A stretch of 63,973 bases of DNA, the filler included, from Hyphochytrium catenoides (lineage: Eukaryota; Protista; Hyphochytriomycota), in NCBI GenBank assembly GCA_900088475.1. It is 14 parts of 14 records of this genome, joined end to end, with 100 filler letters (N's around TTAATTAATTAA, not from the genome) between each part and the next. Parts side by side here need not be neighbours in the genome. Positions count along the whole stretch, not along the records: positions 59,122 to 60,681 come from FLMG01004312.1; positions 60,782 to 62,834 come from FLMG01000259.1; positions 62,935 to 63,973 come from FLMG01003573.1; 11 more parts are not named here. One strand, written 5' to 3'. Positions 59,122 to 63,973 of this stretch are shown in pieces. The notes under the pieces are model-generated. The model was not told the origin of the DNA. It did no database searches and was given only the letters and a program-made list of their open reading frames with translations. The translations under genes were made by a program, and so were the position numbers. Numbering within the stretch: position 1 is the stretch's first letter; every line of letters starts with the position of its first letter.

Positions 59122-60534
59122 GCAGAGGTAGTGAAGGCCCATTCTTTCCTGTGGCGTGCGGAGAGAAGAACGTGGGGTCCCTTTGCTCCTACGCAAGAAT
59201 CTTGGCATTCTAAACCATCGAGGCTCCCACGCCCGACGAACTTTTTCTGATCGCTCCAGATCGTCTTGGGCCTCCAAGTCCGCCAAATGACGGCAGCGGT
59301 CACAGTTCACCCTCTCATGGAGGTGGAGCACCATCTTGCTGTTGAGGATCTGCACTATTCCTCTGACTATGTCCGTGGCAGGATTTTTTCTGGAGTGAAT
59401 GAGATTTCCCAAGAATTGCATGAATCTCTCAAAAGGGTAGAGCCACAGAGTAAAGACTGGGCCCCAGATGAGCACCTAACGCACAACAGCAGCAGCAGCA
59501 GCAGAGAAAAAAGGTAAGCTCTATGATGAAAAGGGCGAGAATGACACACTAATAAAGTAATTCTATGGCAAGTTATTGATGAGAAATACTGGCAGCTCGA
59601 AAAGACTTGTCATTGGAAACTAAGAACAAGACGTGGTGCAAGGAAGGAACTCAAGAATGGATTAGATAAGATTCACCACTATGGAAACACTGGAGAGACA
59701 GAACAACCATAAGACAAGGACATTATCACAATTGGAAATAGGAGCACATTGATAAGGGTCATGATGCAAGCATTAAGCACGAGAAGGGACAAAGAGAAAC
59801 AAAAAATAGTGCTATGATGGAATAGCAGAACTGATCGAAGAGCATTAAGAGAGACTAGGTAGCAGAAGAAGAGTCATTGCTATTGTCTCACCTGCTCACA
59901 AACGTGGACCAGACGATGTAGCAGGATGTCTAGTATAGAAGATGGAAAGGCTTCTTCGAGAGCCACCATTGCCATGATCATATCGTCTACAAGCTTATTG
60001 GCCGTGGCCACAGTGATCGTCCTTGAAAGCATCAGCTTATAGGCGTCAACGAATTTAAACCACGCCATTCTTTGCTTCTCCCCCAAGCCACCCTGCGACT
60101 CCGGAAGCCTGAAGCAGATTTTACCGAATGCCTGTCAGGAGGAAGAGAGGCAAAAGGCCGAAGAACATACTGCGTCAGAATTGGTGCTACTTCCTACTAC
60201 TATACATGTTAGAATCGTGCTAAATTCACCAAACAATAGTCATCAGAGGTGTCCATCTGAACAATGCGCTTCTTCCTTACCTCTATAAAACCCATATAAT
60301 CGGCAGTCCTCAGACCTACCGGCTCGTCATCAAATATCATTCGCATCCTGGAGGACTGGATATCTGGATTCAGTTTCCAAGAGCGAAGTTCCTTCGCAAT
60401 TTGCTTGACGGCAACTCTAGATAGAACTGACTCATGTTTATCTTCTCCTTCCTCTGCCTCAATCGGGTTCTTCCCATCAAGCATTCGATTCACCATACTT
60501 CGGCCGACATTGAGCGTATGCATCGGATCTGCAC
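59122..60534 (-). mobile_element. CACTA/EnSpm transposase fragment (DUF4218 region) with spliceosomal introns
   Basis: Exons 60534-60281, 60131-59892 and 59475-59122 are in frame. Motifs: DPMH, GLRTADY, LEEAFPSSILDILLHRLVH, IWGPVFTLWLYPFERFMQFL, PATDIVRG. Confidence 0.85.
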
Positions 60535-60845
60535 CTGTTAGAAGGAAGAAGAAGAATAGAGAGAAGAGGTCAGAAAAGAAGATGAGCTCCATCAGAGGAG
60601 GGTTGTGAACAGTGCTGCAAGCTATTTTGTCCTAGTGTTCTAGCTCCTAATGTAACCAAGCCCTGCACAGAAAATAGAAGANNNNNNNNNNNNNNNNNNN
60701 NNNNNNNNNNNNNNNNNNNNNNNNNTTAATTAATTAANNNNNNNNNNNNNNNNNNNNNNNNNNNNNNNNNNNNNNNNNNNNAAGAGTAGATTAATTAGAT
60801 CCTAAATACATAGAGATGACGACACGGATAAGTTTTAATAGGCAC

Positions 60846-61347
60846 CTGTGATAGCGAAGGGAGAGCTGCAGAGCTCTTCTGTTTTGAAACCTTCAGGAGC
60901 CATCTTCCTGACAGACATTTCCAGGCCGGCGGCACCTGTCTGCCATACCCCTGACGTACGAGAGAGGAAACAGGGAGAAGAGGAAGAGAGGGACAGACAA
61001 GAGAACAGAACGAGGGCGAGAGAAGGAGAAGAGAGAGAGACAGAGAGAAATAGACAGAGAGAAACAGAGAAAGGGAGAAGGAGCGAACGGAGAGAGATGG
61101 GGACAGAGAGAGAGGAAATGAGAGGGTCAGTGCACTGATGATGGACTGAAAAGGAGACGGAAGACCGCAAAGGAAAGTAGAGACAACTGCAGCAGAGAGC
61201 GAGGCAGACAAGAGATAGGCATACCGAGGCATCCTCCAGATCAAGACGAATAAATAACGACGAGGAAGAGCGTAATAATATATTCAAAGAACAGCTTGGG
61301 ATAGGTCTACATGCAAGGAAAGCAGACAGCGTAGAGAAGACAGAGAC

Positions 61348-61394
<47 letters not shown>

Positions 61395-61577
61395 AGGGAG
61401 AGAGAAATAGCAAGACAGGGAGTGATCACCTAGGAGGTAGATGACGTCGAAGCCCAGTGCTTGTATCTCGTCCAGGAGTCCATTAGGAATGTCATTGAAG
61501 GAGCGGCCACCGCAGCTCCGGAGGGTGGAGCGCACATTGAGCTGATAGAGGAGAGGATGGCGAGGCAGAGGAGGCAT
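60846..61577 (-). CDS. GH13 alpha-amylase-family protein (prokaryote-type N-terminus), first catalytic-domain exons; rest cut by contig edge
   Basis: Exons 61577-61430 and 60950-60846 join in phase 1: MPPLPRHPLLYQLNVR...FNDIPNGLLDEIQALGFDVIYLLGVWQTGAAGLEMS...SSPFAITG. The frame is also open upstream to ~61796, so an N-terminal extension is possible. Confidence 0.75.
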
Positions 61578-63973
61578 CTCAAGAGGTCCTGATATCTTCC
61601 TCTTCTTCTCGTTGCTGTCCTCTTCACCGTGGTCAGTCTCTTGAGGTAACAATAGCTTCTTTCTCCACGCAAATGGCAAATTCAAGAATGAAACAAAGTG
61701 GAAGCACTCAGCGTCCAGGGCTGATGGATTGATGCACAAGGGGACAAAAGAGGAGTGCAATCTGCCGATGTACGAGCAATGAGTCTTGCTTGTCACAGAG
61801 CGAGAGAGACAGGAGAGAGAGAGAGCAGGACTGCGACTGAGAGACTGAGGGAGAAGAGATAGAGAGCAGGACTGGGACTAAGAGACGGAACAGAGAGAGA
61901 GAGAGAACCGACAGAGAGAGAGAGAGAGAGAATTGACAGAGAGAGAACCGACAGAGGGAGAGAGAGAGAGAATTGACAGAGAGAGAGAGAGGAAGGAAAG
62001 AGTTGAGTGCGTCGATGGCTGATGGCTGGCTGGCTGGCTTGATGCGAATGGGAGGAAGGACAGGGAGAGGAGAGAGAAAGGCTGTTACATAAGAGGACCT
62101 CGCCTTACTTCACACTAGAACATCACCAGCTCGCCCTTTCTGTCATCTATACTTGTTAATTCACAGACTCGAGCGGACATACAGTGTTAGAAAGACTGAG
62201 ATTCTCGTGAGGAGAATCACCAAACAGTCAAATAGTCAATTTACATCTCTGGGTTGTCAATTTGACGCTACTTGAAGGGACCAAAAGATACAAGTCTGCT
62301 AGAAATCTTTCCTCTTCTGCTTGGCATTATTGTACTGTCAATAATAGGGGCTTTCGTTCCTTCTGCCTCTTATTAGCGCTGTGTAAACTACTTACAGGGA
62401 AGAGTTTCTTCTTTTTCTCTTTCTCCCTCTCTCTCTCTGTCCCTGTCTCTCTCTCTCTCTTTCTCTTTCTCTCTGTGTGTCTCTCTCTATTCCCGGCTGT
62501 CTCGCACCTCTTCGTTCACTTTCTCTATTTTCGGACTCTTCCCTCTGATGCTGTTGCTCTCTGAGCGTTCTTCCGCTACAGTGAAGATTTTTCTTAGTTG
62601 AAGTCTCGCCCAACCTTCTGCTTCTCTAGCTGCTTCTCTTTGCCTTCTTGGGTGAAGCAGAGACTCTCTGGTGCTTCCACGCCTTCCCTCTCCCTCTCCT
62701 CACTCTTCCCCTTCTGACACTAGCAACCAGCTCCTGCAGTCTACAAACAGTGTCAAGAGGAGAGAAGGAGCAAGGGCAAAGGAAGAGTGAATAGCGAAAG
62801 ATGGCGTCTCGTCTAGGCAGCAAGCTGAAGGGGANNNNNNNNNNNNNNNNNNNNNNNNNNNNNNNNNNNNNNNNNNNNTTAATTAATTAANNNNNNNNNN
62901 NNNNNNNNNNNNNNNNNNNNNNNNNNNNNNNNNNAGAGAAGAGTAGAGGGCGGCAATCTGAGGATCACTTTCAGCGGTAATAAACGATAAATAAGAGTTT
63001 GGTCGGGCTAACTGCTGTGGTGTAGTAAAAGCTCGAGGTATATATGAGGTTCCTTGTGAGGCTGTAGGGCTGCTGCAGTTTATTCTTCCGCTAGTTTGGG
63101 AGTCGTTTGTTGGGGGAGCCATGCAAGGCGTCGTTGATTGTGTGAGACAACAAGTGGTGAAGCTTCAATGTGACCGCTCTGCTCTTGATGCTTCTCGGCA
63201 TCTTGGTGGTCACATTGTTGGTCGTCTCGCTTATTAGCTATGGGCTTACGCCTTCATACGCGAATATCTTTAGCCACCATTCACGAAGAAAATGCGCTTC
63301 AAATCTTGAAGCGTCTTTCTATTGAACAGCTGGACCCTAGTCTCGCGACGGCTGAGTTCGATGGTGATGTCATGGTTGCTGGTGGCTCACCTCCTCCTCG
63401 TCCTTCTTTTCCGCTTATTATCATTACTACTGAGGAAATCAACTATGATTCTTCCTTTACTGATGATGAGCAGGGAGCAGATCGAGCTGATGAAGATGAG
63501 CCCAAGGCTTCTTAGCTTTCCTTCTCTTCTTCTTCCTCTTCTTCTTCTTCACTCTCTTCTTCAAAATGAGATTGCTCAGTAGTGCTAGCAATAAAAAAAA
63601 AAAATCTTCCTCTCCGTCGGTGTTCCCGCCGCCACACCCACCGCCGCTATCTGAGGATCTTCCCGACCGGCCTTCTTCGTGGCCGGGTCAGCTCCCTCAT
63701 GCTTCTTTCCTTTTTCTCTCTTTCTGGCCTACTTGTTGTTGAGAACCCTGTCCATCTGGGATCTCTATAGCAAGGAATACTCTTCTTCTTATATTCCTTG
63801 TCCGACTTTCTTCCTTCATTACATTCTTCTCTAGAACATTTGTTGCTGCTTCATCATGAGCATTTTCTCTTTTCGACTTTAAGTCTTCCCTTACTTCCAG
63901 ACCACCAACGCTATTGCTGACTCTCTTGCTTGGTACGGTTGATGACGTGTTGATCAATCATGATGGTCCAACT

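Noticed and set aside
62935-63973. Short ORFs in the last piece (63240-63515 etc.)
   Set aside because: No motif or consistent splice model. Cannot support a call.

Overview
Eukaryotic nuclear DNA that is intron-rich, saturated with (AG/CT)n microsatellites and full of transposon remains. The organism is not identifiable from the sequence; an alga or protist is plausible. The window is not one locus. Thirteen ~100-nt N..TTAATTAATTAA..N linkers join 14 independent pieces, so adjacency across linkers is meaningless. Supported genes (exons assembled by hand, phases checked where not interrupted by gaps): a secreted intronless PI-PLC X-domain protein (5597-7198, -); the 3' part of a multi-exon membrane protein (8750-10581, +); a complete 4-exon 7TM-RGS protein with a signal peptide and ectodomain (16711-19624, +); an intronless bacterial-type threonine synthase (32756-33767, -); a small secreted Ser/Gly-rich protein whose 3' end is triplicated (40249-40788, +); four exons of an S9 glutamyl-endopeptidase-like gene (46492-48207, -); an SLC25A33/36-like mitochondrial carrier (48611-51698, -); the UTP4/cirhin C-terminus (53607-54385, +); a hypothetical charged protein (56825-58627, -); and the N-terminus of a prokaryote-type GH13 amylase with introns (60846-61577, -). 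Mobile DNA: a full-length young Ty1/copia element (26433-31457) with TSD AACCG and a half-tRNA-iMet PBS, two further copia fragments (one nested LTR), an intron-containing CACTA transposase fragment and several decayed Ty3/gypsy relics. Most interesting: the receptor-like 7TM-RGS, three bacterial-looking enzymes at different stages of eukaryotic domestication, a two-monomer tandem array, a TATA-driven tRNA-like element, a nested foldback structure and a carrier/peptidase junction that is probably a mis-join. I see no convincing new multi-gene system. All family assignments come from motif recognition, not database searches.
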